DNA of 64,000 nt, taken from IMG/VR virus record IMGVR_UViG_3300020577_014021. One strand, written 5' to 3'. Below the pieces are notes generated by a model, which was given only the letters and a program-made list of their open reading frames with translations, had not been told where the DNA came from and did no database searches. Position 1 is the stretch's first letter, and each line of letters opens with the position of its first letter. The position numbers were made by a program, and so were the translations under genes. Shown one piece after another: positions 1 through 8,740 of the stretch. This DNA comes from a virus. Taxonomy: Duplodnaviria; Caudoviricetes.

Positions 1-34
1 CCAATGATTCTTTGATGGTTAGTCTTAAAGGTGA

Positions 35-277
35 ATGCATAAAAAAATGACAATTACTGGTACTTATCACTATATCACATTCAAAAACGCAGCTGAGATT
101 TTAGATATTTCAAAAAAACAGTTATTGACATTTTTAAAAAATGGTGATTTAAAAGAAAACCATGGTTACATTGAATTACGTGAATTATCAGCTTTCAAAG
201 TAAAATTAAATTTTGATAGAGAAAAAGTTTTAGATGAATTAGTTGAGATATCACAAAAATTAAGATTATACGAATAA
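35..277 (+). CDS. Excisionase-like HTH protein resembling the HTH antitoxins of PIN-toxin TA pairs
   Basis: ITFKNAAEILDISKKQLLTFLKNGDL (HTH_17-like), C-terminus REKVLDELVEISQKLRLYE like the 'R..aLdeL...sQelgl.Y' tail of this antitoxin family. Confidence 0.6.
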   Translation: MHKKMTITGTYHYITFKNAAEILDISKKQLLTFLKNGDLKENHGYIELRELSAFKVKLNFDREKVLDELVEISQKLRLYE

Positions 278-282
278 ATCAA

Positions 283-365
283 GGACAGATGGGTGAACGG
301 TTAAACCAGCAGACTGTAAATCTGCCCCCCTTACGGGGTTGCAAGTTCGAATCTTGCTCTGTCCA
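283..365 (+). tRNA. tRNA-Tyr(GTA)
   Basis: Acceptor GGACAGA/TCTGTCC+A; anticodon arm GCAGA-CTGTAAA-TCTGC; long variable arm CCCC-TTAC-GGGG; T-loop TTCGAAT; CCA not encoded. Confidence 0.95.
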
Positions 366-371
366 TATTAA

Positions 372-446
372 GCTAGAGTAGCCCAATTGGTAGGAGGCGC
401 CAGTCTTAGAAGCTGGGCAGTGTGGGTTCGAATCCCTCCTCTAGCA
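372..446 (+). tRNA. tRNA-Leu(TAG), short variable arm
   Basis: Acceptor GCTAGAG/CTCTAGC+A; anticodon arm CCAGT-CTTAGAA-GCTGG; variable region only GCAGT; T-loop TTCGAAT. Confidence 0.9.
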
Positions 447-447
447 T

Positions 448-609
448 ATGAAAAAACAAGTATATACTGTAGTCTATCTCAATGATAATGGTGACTTGCG
501 TTATGGAGAGTTTGATTCAATTGCGGAATCTCGTAATTTCATTGAAGAAAAAATTGACAATTTGAAAGCTGTTATTATTAAGGGTGAATTTTTCGAAGAT
601 CATACTTAA
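448..609 (+). CDS. Hypothetical 53-aa protein (not in ORF track)
   Basis: ATG 448 to TAA 609, MKKQVYTVVYLNDNGDLRYGEFDSIAESRNF..., fills the gap between two RNA genes. Confidence 0.6.
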   Translation: MKKQVYTVVYLNDNGDLRYGEFDSIAESRNFIEEKIDNLKAVIIKGEFFEDHT

Positions 610-615
610 AGTTAA

Positions 616-749
616 GCCGCTGCGCTGTGGTGGGAACACAGAGCACTAGCCTTACTAACGGGAGCTGTGAGTTGTTGAGGTGGCCACCAAAACAACATGT
701 CCAGATGAGGCACGACAATCACAATCAGGTTCGAATCCTGACAGCGGCA
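616..749 (+). ncRNA. tRNA-like RNA 1 (134 nt) with expanded central domain
   Basis: Acceptor GCCGCTG/CAGCGGC+A; D-like arm CTGTG-GTGGGAA-CACAG; T arm TCAGG-TTCGAAT-CCTGA; about 80 nt structured insert instead of canonical anticodon and variable arms. Confidence 0.8.
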
Positions 750-762
750 TGAAAGGAAAAAC

Positions 763-1047
763 GTGAAAACAAAATCTAATTATTTATGTTATTTTAAAGA
801 AGAATTAGATGAAATAGGACCACCTGAAAAATGGAAAGAAAAAGATTTTGAGTTAATTTCAGCTTATAGTTATGACGACGCTGCAGCTCAATTTGTAAAT
901 GGATTAGAAAAGTGGACAGAGCCTTTAGAAGATGGAGAATCAACAGAAATTATAATAATTAAAAAAATTACAGATAAACCACGATGTTTTCGTGTTGAAT
1001 CTTCGGTTTCTATTGAATATGACTTTGAAGAAATTAAAAACGATTAG
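763..1047 (+). CDS. Hypothetical acidic protein
   Basis: ORF with AAGGA RBS upstream of GTG. Confidence 0.7.
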   Translation: MKTKSNYLCYFKEELDEIGPPEKWKEKDFELISAYSYDDAAAQFVNGLEKWTEPLEDGESTEIIIIKKITDKPRCFRVESSVSIEYDFEEIKND

Positions 1048-1082
1048 CTAGAAAAAATAATTGAGCCGCCTAAGGAGAAGTT

Positions 1083-1328
1083 ATGATCAATAAAGAATAT
1101 ATAGAGAAAAAATTAACGATGCCTCCTGTTGTATGTGAACAAATAGATGATGATGGAGCCAAGTGGTTTTTATCATTTGGTGGACATGATCCATTAGAAG
1201 ACGAATGCATTGAATTAACAGAAAAACAATGTTTTTGGATTAAAGACAAAATAGAAAAAATGGATCTCAATTATTATGTTTTAGCTGCTGAAAAACAAAA
1301 AAGATTGCAACTTTTTCCTGAAAAATAA
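1083..1328 (+). CDS. Hypothetical protein
   Basis: ORF with AAGGAG RBS. Confidence 0.7.
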   Translation: MINKEYIEKKLTMPPVVCEQIDDDGAKWFLSFGGHDPLEDECIELTEKQCFWIKDKIEKMDLNYYVLAAEKQKRLQLFPEK

Positions 1329-1337
1329 AACAAATAC

Positions 1338-1411
1338 GGGTGATTAACTCAGATGGATAGAGTGTGGATCTTCTAAGTCCAAAGTCGGTGGTTCGAATCC
1401 ACCATCACCCA
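1338..1411 (+). tRNA. tRNA-Arg(TCT)
   Basis: Acceptor GGGTGAT/ATCACCC+A; anticodon arm TGGAT-CTTCTAA-GTCCA; T arm GGTGG-TTCGAAT-CCACC. Confidence 0.95.
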
Positions 1412-1412
1412 T

Positions 1413-1440
1413 ATGTATCCGACATCAATGTCGGATACAT
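1413..1440. repeat. Perfect 12-bp inverted repeat directly 3' of tRNA-Arg
   Basis: ATGTATCCGACA-TCAA-TGTCGGATACAT. Confidence 0.85.
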
Positions 1441-1446
1441 GATTAC

Positions 1447-1956
1447 TTGAATATGAGAACATATCAACAACATTGGTTAAAACATGGCATTGCCAAAGAT
1501 ATGCGTCTCAATGCTTTACGACAAGGAACATATAATGGTTCACCAACAATTGAAAACCAAAGATTGATTAAAAAATGTACTGCACGTCATCTTATAACAG
1601 GTACAACACTTGTTTTTACATATGATGAAGGTATGCATTCATGTGGTTGGTGGAAAAATCCAGATTATGAACGTTGTTATCATTTATCATTAAGTTTTTT
1701 TGATCCTATTACTTTAGCCAATGTACCACACAATAAAAAAATTGCTAAAGAATGGTTAGATGCTTTTTATGGCAATGATTGTAATTATATATGGGCAGAA
1801 CCACCATATAGCAATGCAGGAAAAGAAAAAGACATCTGGCATTATCGTTTGTTTTGTGATATAAACTGGAAACCTATTTTACCAAGAAAAGAAGTTTATT
1901 CTACTGAATTTACGCCAAATAGTTGGATATCATTTAGTGAAATAAATTTTGAATAA
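1447..1956 (+). CDS. Hypothetical phage protein
   Basis: 169-aa ORF with conserved-looking HSCGWWKNPDYERCYHLSLSF and HYRLFCD segments. Confidence 0.75.
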   Translation: MNMRTYQQHWLKHGIAKDMRLNALRQGTYNGSPTIENQRLIKKCTARHLITGTTLVFTYDEGMHSCGWWKNPDYERCYHLSLSFFDPITLANVPHNKKIAKEWLDAFYGNDCNYIWAEPPYSNAGKEKDIWHYRLFCDINWKPILPRKEVYSTEFTPNSWISFSEINFE

Positions 1957-2154
1957 TAATGTATGAAATTTTTAGGATTACGTATTTATACTGAACAAGA
2001 ATATAAAAAGAAAGGGACTTATATACTTGACACACACGATTAAATCCATTAATGTTAAATCCTGGAGATAAAATAAAAATGGAAAATTGCAGAGGCAAGA
2101 ATGCAAGCAAATGCTACAGTAGCCTTGGAAGGCAAGTTTTAGTAATCATATACA

Positions 2155-2709
2155 ATGCATATCAAACATTTTGTTAACCTCACTAATGGCTTAGAATTTA
2201 TTCATCAACTACCACACTACGAATTTATCAGAATCCAGTCATCCACCATAGAACAAAAAAACTGGTTTAAATTATTTAGCGATCTTGACAATAATTTTTT
2301 AATGAATCTTGTGATTGGCAATAAGTGCATTGTATATGATTGCGGCACCAATAGAAAAATGTCAAAAACTATTTATCTTGGGGTGCCCATGATCAATTAT
2401 GTGTTATCAAAGTTTTTTGATTTAGAACTTCCACCAGCTATTCGTTATTCTCGCACAGGTTTAGAACAATTTAATGAAACAACTTTTTATAATTCTATAT
2501 ACGATAATTTGTTTAATCATAATTGTCGTAATGAAAAATTGAGTTTAAAACATAAACTAAAATACTATAAAAAATTCATCAATTGCACAAAAATCAAACT
2601 CACTGGTATTTCTGTAGCTACCACACATGATGGTGACTACGCATATTATTCAAATCTACTCAACCAACATAACAAAAATAATCAAACTTTAACCATCCAA
2701 CTTGTATAA
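2155..2709 (+). CDS. Hypothetical protein
   Basis: 184-aa ORF, begins HFVNLTNGLE...IRIQSS. Confidence 0.75.
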   Translation: MHIKHFVNLTNGLEFIHQLPHYEFIRIQSSTIEQKNWFKLFSDLDNNFLMNLVIGNKCIVYDCGTNRKMSKTIYLGVPMINYVLSKFFDLELPPAIRYSRTGLEQFNETTFYNSIYDNLFNHNCRNEKLSLKHKLKYYKKFINCTKIKLTGISVATTHDGDYAYYSNLLNQHNKNNQTLTIQLV

Positions 2710-2717
2710 TATTACAA

Positions 2718-3194
2718 ATGGATTCAGTACATTTTAAATCAGAATCTGATGAATGGGAAACCCCACAAGATTTTTTTGATAAATTAAATCAAATCTTTAA
2801 TTTTAAAATTGATGCAGCAGCTACTTTACAAAATTCCAAATGTCAACAAAGATATGAAGATGGTTTAAAACAATTATGGGAATATTCAACTTTTTGCAAT
2901 CCACCCTATAGTCAACTATCACAATGGGTTGATCATGCCATAAAAAGCTCATTACAAACCAATGAACCAATTGTAATGTTAATACCTGCTAGGACTGATA
3001 CTAAAGCATTTCAGAAAATAGCTCAATATGGTTCTATTTTGTTTATTAAAGGCCGCTTAAAATTTAGAAACCCACTAAAATCAACCATTAATCCAGCACC
3101 TTTCCCCTCAGCTTTAATCTTTTTAAACACTGATAACTACAAAAACCAAATTAAAACATATTTAGAACCTCTTGGATTCCTTTTATCTAAATAA
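2718..3194 (+). CDS. Phage DNA N6-adenine methyltransferase (phage Dam family)
   Basis: DEWETPQDFF, IDAAA, catalytic NPPY, VMLIPARTDT, FIKGRLKF, APFPS motifs. Confidence 0.9.
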   Translation: MDSVHFKSESDEWETPQDFFDKLNQIFNFKIDAAATLQNSKCQQRYEDGLKQLWEYSTFCNPPYSQLSQWVDHAIKSSLQTNEPIVMLIPARTDTKAFQKIAQYGSILFIKGRLKFRNPLKSTINPAPFPSALIFLNTDNYKNQIKTYLEPLGFLLSK

Positions 3195-3290
3195 CTTATA
3201 ATATTTAAAATACTTATAAATGTTATTGACTCTATAAACTTTATAAGTTATATAAGATTTATAAGATGTTTAAAAAAAACAAGGAACTCT

Positions 3291-3668
3291 ATGTCTACCA
3301 AAGCTACGTTAACCATAATTGATAATATAAATGATTTAGCTATTCATCTTTACACAGAAAAAAGAGGAACACCTACAGAAATTGCTGATGATTTAGATAC
3401 TATTATAAGCAATATTAACCCAGTGGGAGCAGAACGCTCATTAGGAGAAAAATTATTAAGACATTTTTCTGATTATGAGCTTATCGATTTAAAATATGTA
3501 AAACTTGAGATGGATGCTGAATTTCACTACAATATCATACTCAGAGATAATGCAGATGAATGCAAAATGATTGTTGAAGTGCCATATTATATGAAGCACT
3601 ACAATATATTGTCTGTTGATAAGTTGTTTGATTTTATAAAGAAGTACAGCTCACGCCCTATTGCGTGA
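3291..3668 (+). CDS. Hypothetical protein
   Basis: AAGGA RBS; TTGACT promoter-like element at 3226. Confidence 0.7.
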   Translation: MSTKATLTIIDNINDLAIHLYTEKRGTPTEIADDLDTIISNINPVGAERSLGEKLLRHFSDYELIDLKYVKLEMDAEFHYNIILRDNADECKMIVEVPYYMKHYNILSVDKLFDFIKKYSSRPIA

Positions 3669-3673
3669 GCTGT
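3646..3673. repeat. 11-bp hairpin overlapping the stop of ORF 3291..3668
   Basis: ACAGCTCACGC-CCTATT-GCGTGAGCTGT; no U-tract, so not a clear intrinsic terminator. Confidence 0.7.
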
Positions 3674-3769
3674 CACCCAGGAGTTACACAAAAAAATTAT
3701 GTAATTATAGAACTACTATAATATATCCATAAAAAAAGCAACAACTATTTTAAAACTAAAGATAAAAAT

Positions 3770-4183
3770 ATGACCAAAAACAATAAAAATTCTTATGAAA
3801 ATGCCTTAAATCAATTAGAACAGTTTCTAAAAGATGAACCTATAAAAATCTTTAATGAAAAACTCATTACATTGGCAGCTAAAGAAATCTTAAGTCTATA
3901 CAAGGCAGAAAAATGGCAATGTAAAAACATCCAAGAAATTAGAGACCATGCCATAAAAAACCATGTTTTAGAAAGTTGGATTAACCGGTTGACATGGGAA
4001 AATAAATTTATCATACTAGCTTTTAATTCAAAGAATTCTACAGTGGAAGCTAACTTCAATAAAATGAACAAAGATATTTTAGGTGAAATATGTAGACATT
4101 ATTTGATTATCGAAGCCTGTGAAATCATTATGAAAAACTTTATAAGGTCTACAAAAACCAAAAAAAATAAAGGAGAAAAATGA
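3770..4183 (+). CDS. Hypothetical protein
   Basis: 137-aa ORF in a + strand run. Confidence 0.65.
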   Translation: MTKNNKNSYENALNQLEQFLKDEPIKIFNEKLITLAAKEILSLYKAEKWQCKNIQEIRDHAIKNHVLESWINRLTWENKFIILAFNSKNSTVEANFNKMNKDILGEICRHYLIIEACEIIMKNFIRSTKTKKNKGEK

Positions 4184-4357
4184 CAAAGGAAACCAATTTA
4201 TACGAAAATCTCTTCTGTGGAAGCTTCTTATTTGTGTGGTTATTTTATTTCTTCTTATAATTAGAATTGACTTTTATTTAAAAAAGTGGCAATACATATA
4301 ATGTATAAAATGCTTTTTTAATGAAAAGTACATATTACTATTATAACGGAGATAAAA

Positions 4358-4606
4358 ATGTTAGAGTTAAATGATGAAATAGTTGTAGTTGCTAAACTTC
4401 AAGCCAGAAATGACAAATTTGGCAACCCAAGAAGTGCTTATTTAGTAAACACTTATGAAGGCGAAACAGTAAAAATATACGAAGATACCAAAGAAGGTAT
4501 GAAGCAGCTAAAGGAATTGTTACCAGATTTTGTAAAACCTACTTTTACTATTAGGGTAGAACTAAGGGAATTGAAAATACATTTAGATCAAGGAAAGTAT
4601 TTATAA
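4358..4606 (+). CDS. Hypothetical protein
   Basis: GGAG RBS; 82 aa. Confidence 0.7.
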   Translation: MLELNDEIVVVAKLQARNDKFGNPRSAYLVNTYEGETVKIYEDTKEGMKQLKELLPDFVKPTFTIRVELRELKIHLDQGKYL

Positions 4607-4613
4607 AGGATTT

Positions 4614-4778
4614 ATGAAAGACAGAACTCGTGAAAACTTAAGCTTTGCTGAACAATTAAAATTAGCCCTGAGCGGCTTAAATAATGATAAAAAACAGCAA
4701 ACAGTAAATAAAAACCAAAAACAACTTAATCTTAAACAAGTAGAAGTTGTTAAAATATCTGCACAAAAATCACATTAG
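4614..4778 (+). CDS. Hypothetical 54-aa protein (not in ORF track)
   Basis: AAGGA RBS then MKDRTRENLSFAEQLKLALSGLNN..., TAG at 4776-4778. Confidence 0.55.
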   Translation: MKDRTRENLSFAEQLKLALSGLNNDKKQQTVNKNQKQLNLKQVEVVKISAQKSH

Positions 4779-5601
4779 CATACATTTCATGCAAATTTTT
4801 TATCTCATTCAAGAATTAAACCTCACTGAACAAAAAACAAAATACATTCAAGCTTGCACTTCATTTAATGAAGCACAAATTATTTTGTTTTCTTGTGAAT
4901 CCCAAAAACCTGATAATTTAAATTATCACTACAAAATCATCCCCTTCTCTGCCCCTAACTCCAAAGTTATACATAATCTATTTAACTATTCATGTAGTTA
5001 AATAATTGATATATACTTATTTCTTATAATATTTTTATTTTTTTAAAGTAAAATAGTGGAAAAGTGTTTTTTTTTATGTTAAATGCGTCTTATGAAAATA
5101 CACTATATTCTACTAATATTTCTTTTGGTATTTTTAGTAGTTCAAATTAAACCGGTCAATAGAATATTAAAAAAAATGATCAGTCTAATCATTTTTCTAA
5201 TATTGCAATTGACGATGTACTTCTTAAATATACTTCAAAAAATACTACACAAACTTAATGACAAATAAGACATTTTAATTGTTTTAATCAAAATTTCATC
5301 TTCATTCATTATTCATCTTATAACACACAAAAAATTATAGTGCAAATATAAGTTAAAAAAACTATAATATTTATTTAACTTATAAATGATATTTATTGAT
5401 ATAGTTTATTCCCACTCGTACCTACACTTTTTTAAAAAAACATAAAAATTGCTTCATAAAATATTATGTTTTGATAAAATTTTAATGATTTTGTTAATAA
5501 ACTCATCAATTCAACAAAGTAATTAATAAATTAAATCATATACTTAATTGATTTACATACAAAAATACAATAAAAAACATCGAAAAAAATAGCGTGCGCA
5601 C

Positions 5602-5629
5602 TTGACTAAAATCAATAATCTGTTACTAT
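5602..5629 (+). promoter_or_regulatory. Sigma70-type early promoter for the DUF262 gene
   Basis: TTGACT-16 nt-TACTAT with extended -10 TG at 5621-5622, preceded by an A-rich tract. Confidence 0.6.
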
Positions 5630-5921
5630 GTATTTATAGTTGATGAAAACAAGTAAAGAAGAAGTAAGATAATATGCTGAAATGTAGTTGCTAAGAAGAA
5701 AGGAGAAACGCATGAGTTCGATTAATTTAATTAACATTTTATATTAAACATCATGCGACCACATATGTTATTTTTATATATATGGAGCATGATGATATGA
5801 AATGTTAATCGGCCGCTGAAAAATTGCTGAAAATAATAAGCTGAAAAAAATTTGAGAAGACCGTAAAGATGAGATAAAATTTTATTAAACCTTAAAACAA
5901 AAAATTAAACTGGAGAGAAAA

Positions 5922-7172
5922 ATGGAAGCTGAAATGATGGAAATGACCACTGAAGTACAAAATGTTGAAATGAAGCCGCACAAGCCAAAGCGTCACTACA
6001 TGTCTAAAAAGGCACGTAAAGAAGCTGTTATTGTTACTGAACCTGAATCAGAAAATTTTGATGAATTAGAAGTCAATGACTATGACATTTCATCAATTCC
6101 CAATGATTTTAACGTCAGTACAATTTTCAACCAGATTGAAAGGGGAATTTTAAAGATTCCTCCTTTTCAAAGAAATTATGTGTGGGATATCAAACGTGCA
6201 AGTAAATTGATTGAATCAATTTTAAGAGGTTTGCCAATCCCTCAAATTTTCTTGTATGAAACAGATAATAAAGAATTGCTGATCTTGGATGGTCAGCAAC
6301 GTCTGATGTCCATTTACTACTTTATGAAAATGCACTTTCCCGTCAAAGAAAGACGTGCAGAATTAAAGTCTCAATGGAGTACAGGTCATGTTTCAGAAAA
6401 TGTTTTAACAGATAAGCAATATTTTAAGGATTTTAAGCTTAAATTGCCAGACACAGCTTTAAATAAACGTAATAAGTATAAAAACTTAACTTACGCCACT
6501 TTAAGCGAAGCTGACAAACAAGAATTTGATTTGCGCACCATTCGTTGTGTTATTATCAAAAAGGATAAACCCAATACAGATGATTCTTGTGTTTTTGAAA
6601 TTTTCCACCGTTTAAATTCAGGTGGTGTTAATTTGCATCCACAAGAAATCAGGATGAGTTTATATTACTCCAAATTCTATGAAATTTTAACTGATTTGAA
6701 TAATTTACCAGAATGGCGTAAAATTCTGGGTTCAGATCATCCAGAATTTCATACAAAAGACATTGAAACTATTTTGCGCGGATTTGCCTTTTTAGAATTT
6801 GGTGAAAAATATACGCCATCTTTAATTAAGTTTTTGAATAATTACAGTAAAAAGTCTCAAGCCAACACGACTGATGAAAATAATTATCTCAGAAACCTGT
6901 TTCTATCATTTCTACAAGCTTGTAAGCACTTGCCTGAAGAGATTTTTGTTAGAAATGATAAATTTAATTTGACCTTGTTTGAGTCTGTATTTGTGGCTAC
7001 TTGTTCTGAACCATTTACCAAGAAGACTATTGTGACTAAAGAGTTGAAAAGTCATGATATTCAGAAGTTGGCCAATGATCCAGAATTTATTGAAACCACA
7101 CAGAAAAACACCACTTCCTCCGTCAATGTTCGTAAGCGCCTCACTCGGGCAAATGAAATTTTAAATTCCTAA
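5922..7172 (+). CDS. DUF262 (ParB/Srx-fold, GmrSD N-terminal-like) domain protein
   Basis: IPPFQRNYVW, LIESILRGLPIPQIFL, ILDGQQRL, IFHRLNSGGVNL..QEIR motifs; GGAG RBS; no C-terminal HNH. Confidence 0.9.
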   Translation: MEAEMMEMTTEVQNVEMKPHKPKRHYMSKKARKEAVIVTEPESENFDELEVNDYDISSIPNDFNVSTIFNQIERGILKIPPFQRNYVWDIKRASKLIESILRGLPIPQIFLYETDNKELLILDGQQRLMSIYYFMKMHFPVKERRAELKSQWSTGHVSENVLTDKQYFKDFKLKLPDTALNKRNKYKNLTYATLSEADKQEFDLRTIRCVIIKKDKPNTDDSCVFEIFHRLNSGGVNLHPQEIRMSLYYSKFYEILTDLNNLPEWRKILGSDHPEFHTKDIETILRGFAFLEFGEKYTPSLIKFLNNYSKKSQANTTDENNYLRNLFLSFLQACKHLPEEIFVRNDKFNLTLFESVFVATCSEPFTKKTIVTKELKSHDIQKLANDPEFIETTQKNTTSSVNVRKRLTRANEILNS

Positions 7173-7313
7173 AGCCTATTGACTTAGAGTTACACATCTT
7201 ATAAGACTTTTTAAAGCTGTTCAAAACAAAAAGGAGATTGATGTGAAACCCAGGTCATGTTCGTCTATATTTTTTAAAATATTGCAGTACAAACTTTTAA
7301 ATGAGGGTCAATA

Positions 7314-7586
7314 ATGCAATTACCAGAATGCTACACATTATCACGCCAATGGGATTATGAAGTTAGTGCAAAATTCAATGATTTTAATGTTTTCTTGACA
7401 AGGTTAAGGGAGATGAATTACAACATTAACGGTTCAAATTTAATCCAACTTGAGCAAATCATGCAACAGTGCAAGATTTTATCTGATCAAGCATTAAAAA
7501 ATATAAAATCTGAAAAAATAAAAAAAGAAGAGACCCCGCCTAGCCAACCTCTTCACCAAGAAGATACCTTCGAAAAAGATAACTAG
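7314..7586 (+). CDS. Hypothetical protein
   Basis: GAGG RBS; 90 aa. Confidence 0.65.
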   Translation: MQLPECYTLSRQWDYEVSAKFNDFNVFLTRLREMNYNINGSNLIQLEQIMQQCKILSDQALKNIKSEKIKKEETPPSQPLHQEDTFEKDN

Positions 7587-7638
7587 CTTTAAATTTAATC
7601 TATTTATAATAACAATAGATTATTTAAAAAAACCTGTT

Positions 7639-7908
7639 ATGATTGTTTATCAAATTGACTACGTCATCAACAAAAATTTTATAAGACAAATTATTAAGTA
7701 TTACGCTAAAATGAAAGTTCCTTATAAAATTTTCATAAATATAAATTCATTTAATATAGGCTTTAACAAAAACAAAAAAACCTTAGATGAAGCTTTAAAT
7801 TATTGTTTTGAGACCCTCAATAAAGCTCATAATCCAAATTTTTGGGTAAAGCCTTCTTACATGAAAATGTTCAAACTGCCAGATTCTGATGAAACTAAAT
7901 ATACCTAA
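7639..7908 (+). CDS. Hypothetical protein
   Basis: 89-aa ORF. Confidence 0.6.
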   Translation: MIVYQIDYVINKNFIRQIIKYYAKMKVPYKIFININSFNIGFNKNKKTLDEALNYCFETLNKAHNPNFWVKPSYMKMFKLPDSDETKYT

Positions 7909-7937
7909 TGTTTATACTAAGTTAAAGAGCATTATGT

Positions 7938-8414
7938 ATGAAAAAACAAACTCCTTATTTATATTTCTTCGTGGAAAAACTTGTAAAAGACCGCTGGTAT
8001 TCTTGCGACACATGGGAAGAAGATCCTTACTATTTAGGATGCTTTCAGGTACCTGAAAAATTTTCTTTTTATAAAGAACAAAATCCTATTTTTATTGATT
8101 TATTGACTGGCATTAATAGTGATATAGGTCCACTAAAACCATTAGCAGGCTTACCAGGATGGCCTAGTACTCCCATCAAACTAATCATAGAATACGAAAA
8201 AATGCGTGGCGGTGGCTTCTCACGATATCATACTTATTATTCAGTTAGTGAACTCACACATTTATTTGAAACCAAAAAATACAGTCGCCCACTATCTGAT
8301 ATTATTAAAAAAGCTTCAGGTAATTTTTGTAAAGATGTTTTACCAAAATTAAAGAAAATAAAAATGCAAAAAGAAGTGTCTGACGTGCGAGTAATTGTAT
8401 GGTTTGATAGCTAA
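7938..8414 (+). CDS. Hypothetical phage protein, distant paralogue of 55245..55655
   Basis: Shares G-x-P, H-x-[YF]..[VL]-x-[ED]L and C-terminal R-[VF]-x-x-x-FDS pattern with 55245..55655. Confidence 0.7.
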   Translation: MKKQTPYLYFFVEKLVKDRWYSCDTWEEDPYYLGCFQVPEKFSFYKEQNPIFIDLLTGINSDIGPLKPLAGLPGWPSTPIKLIIEYEKMRGGGFSRYHTYYSVSELTHLFETKKYSRPLSDIIKKASGNFCKDVLPKLKKIKMQKEVSDVRVIVWFDS

Positions 8415-8423
8415 ATTTATTGC

Positions 8424-8723
8424 TTATTTGGTATTTTCTGTCTTACAGAAAGTATCTATTGCCTGCCATGTCCTTGTATCTGTAATCTGGCCATTATCCT
8501 TCATCTGCTTTACAGAAGCACAAAATTCATCAATGGGCGCCCTATTAAACCCGGTATTTTCGTCTAAGCATATTTCAGTACCAGATTTCATTTTCCCCAC
8601 TTCCCTTTCTAAATTTAAATGAGCATTAGTATTATTGGCTTTAAACATTAAATTCATAGACTGAGTAAAATAATGTTTCCATTCAATACAAGTAATTTTG
8701 CTTAAAAACCCACCACAAGACAT
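8424..8723 (-). CDS. Hypothetical protein
   Basis: AAGGA RBS on - strand; 99 aa. Confidence 0.6.
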   Translation of the reverse strand: MSCGGFLSKITCIEWKHYFTQSMNLMFKANNTNAHLNLEREVGKMKSGTEICLDENTGFNRAPIDEFCASVKQMKDNGQITDTRTWQAIDTFCKTENTK

Positions 8724-8740
8724 ATGTTCCTTTCTAAAAT

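Noticed and set aside
648-665. Loop TACTAAC with central CTA in RNA 1, read as an amber-suppressor anticodon or sign of TAG recoding
   Set aside because: The stem is irregular and mis-spaced from the D arm, position 33 would be A not U, and long genes are intact in the standard code with TAG used as a real stop (e.g. 763..1047, 40588..42696).
4747-5268. Track ORFs 4747..5001 and 5083..5268
   Set aside because: Weak or no RBS in very AT-rich DNA and no recognisable motifs; cannot support them as genes, though a shorter version of the first is possible.
7243-7314. 23-codon GTG-started ORF after AAGGAG, coupled to 7314..7586, as a leader peptide
   Set aside because: No attenuator structure or codon bias; cannot be told apart from chance.
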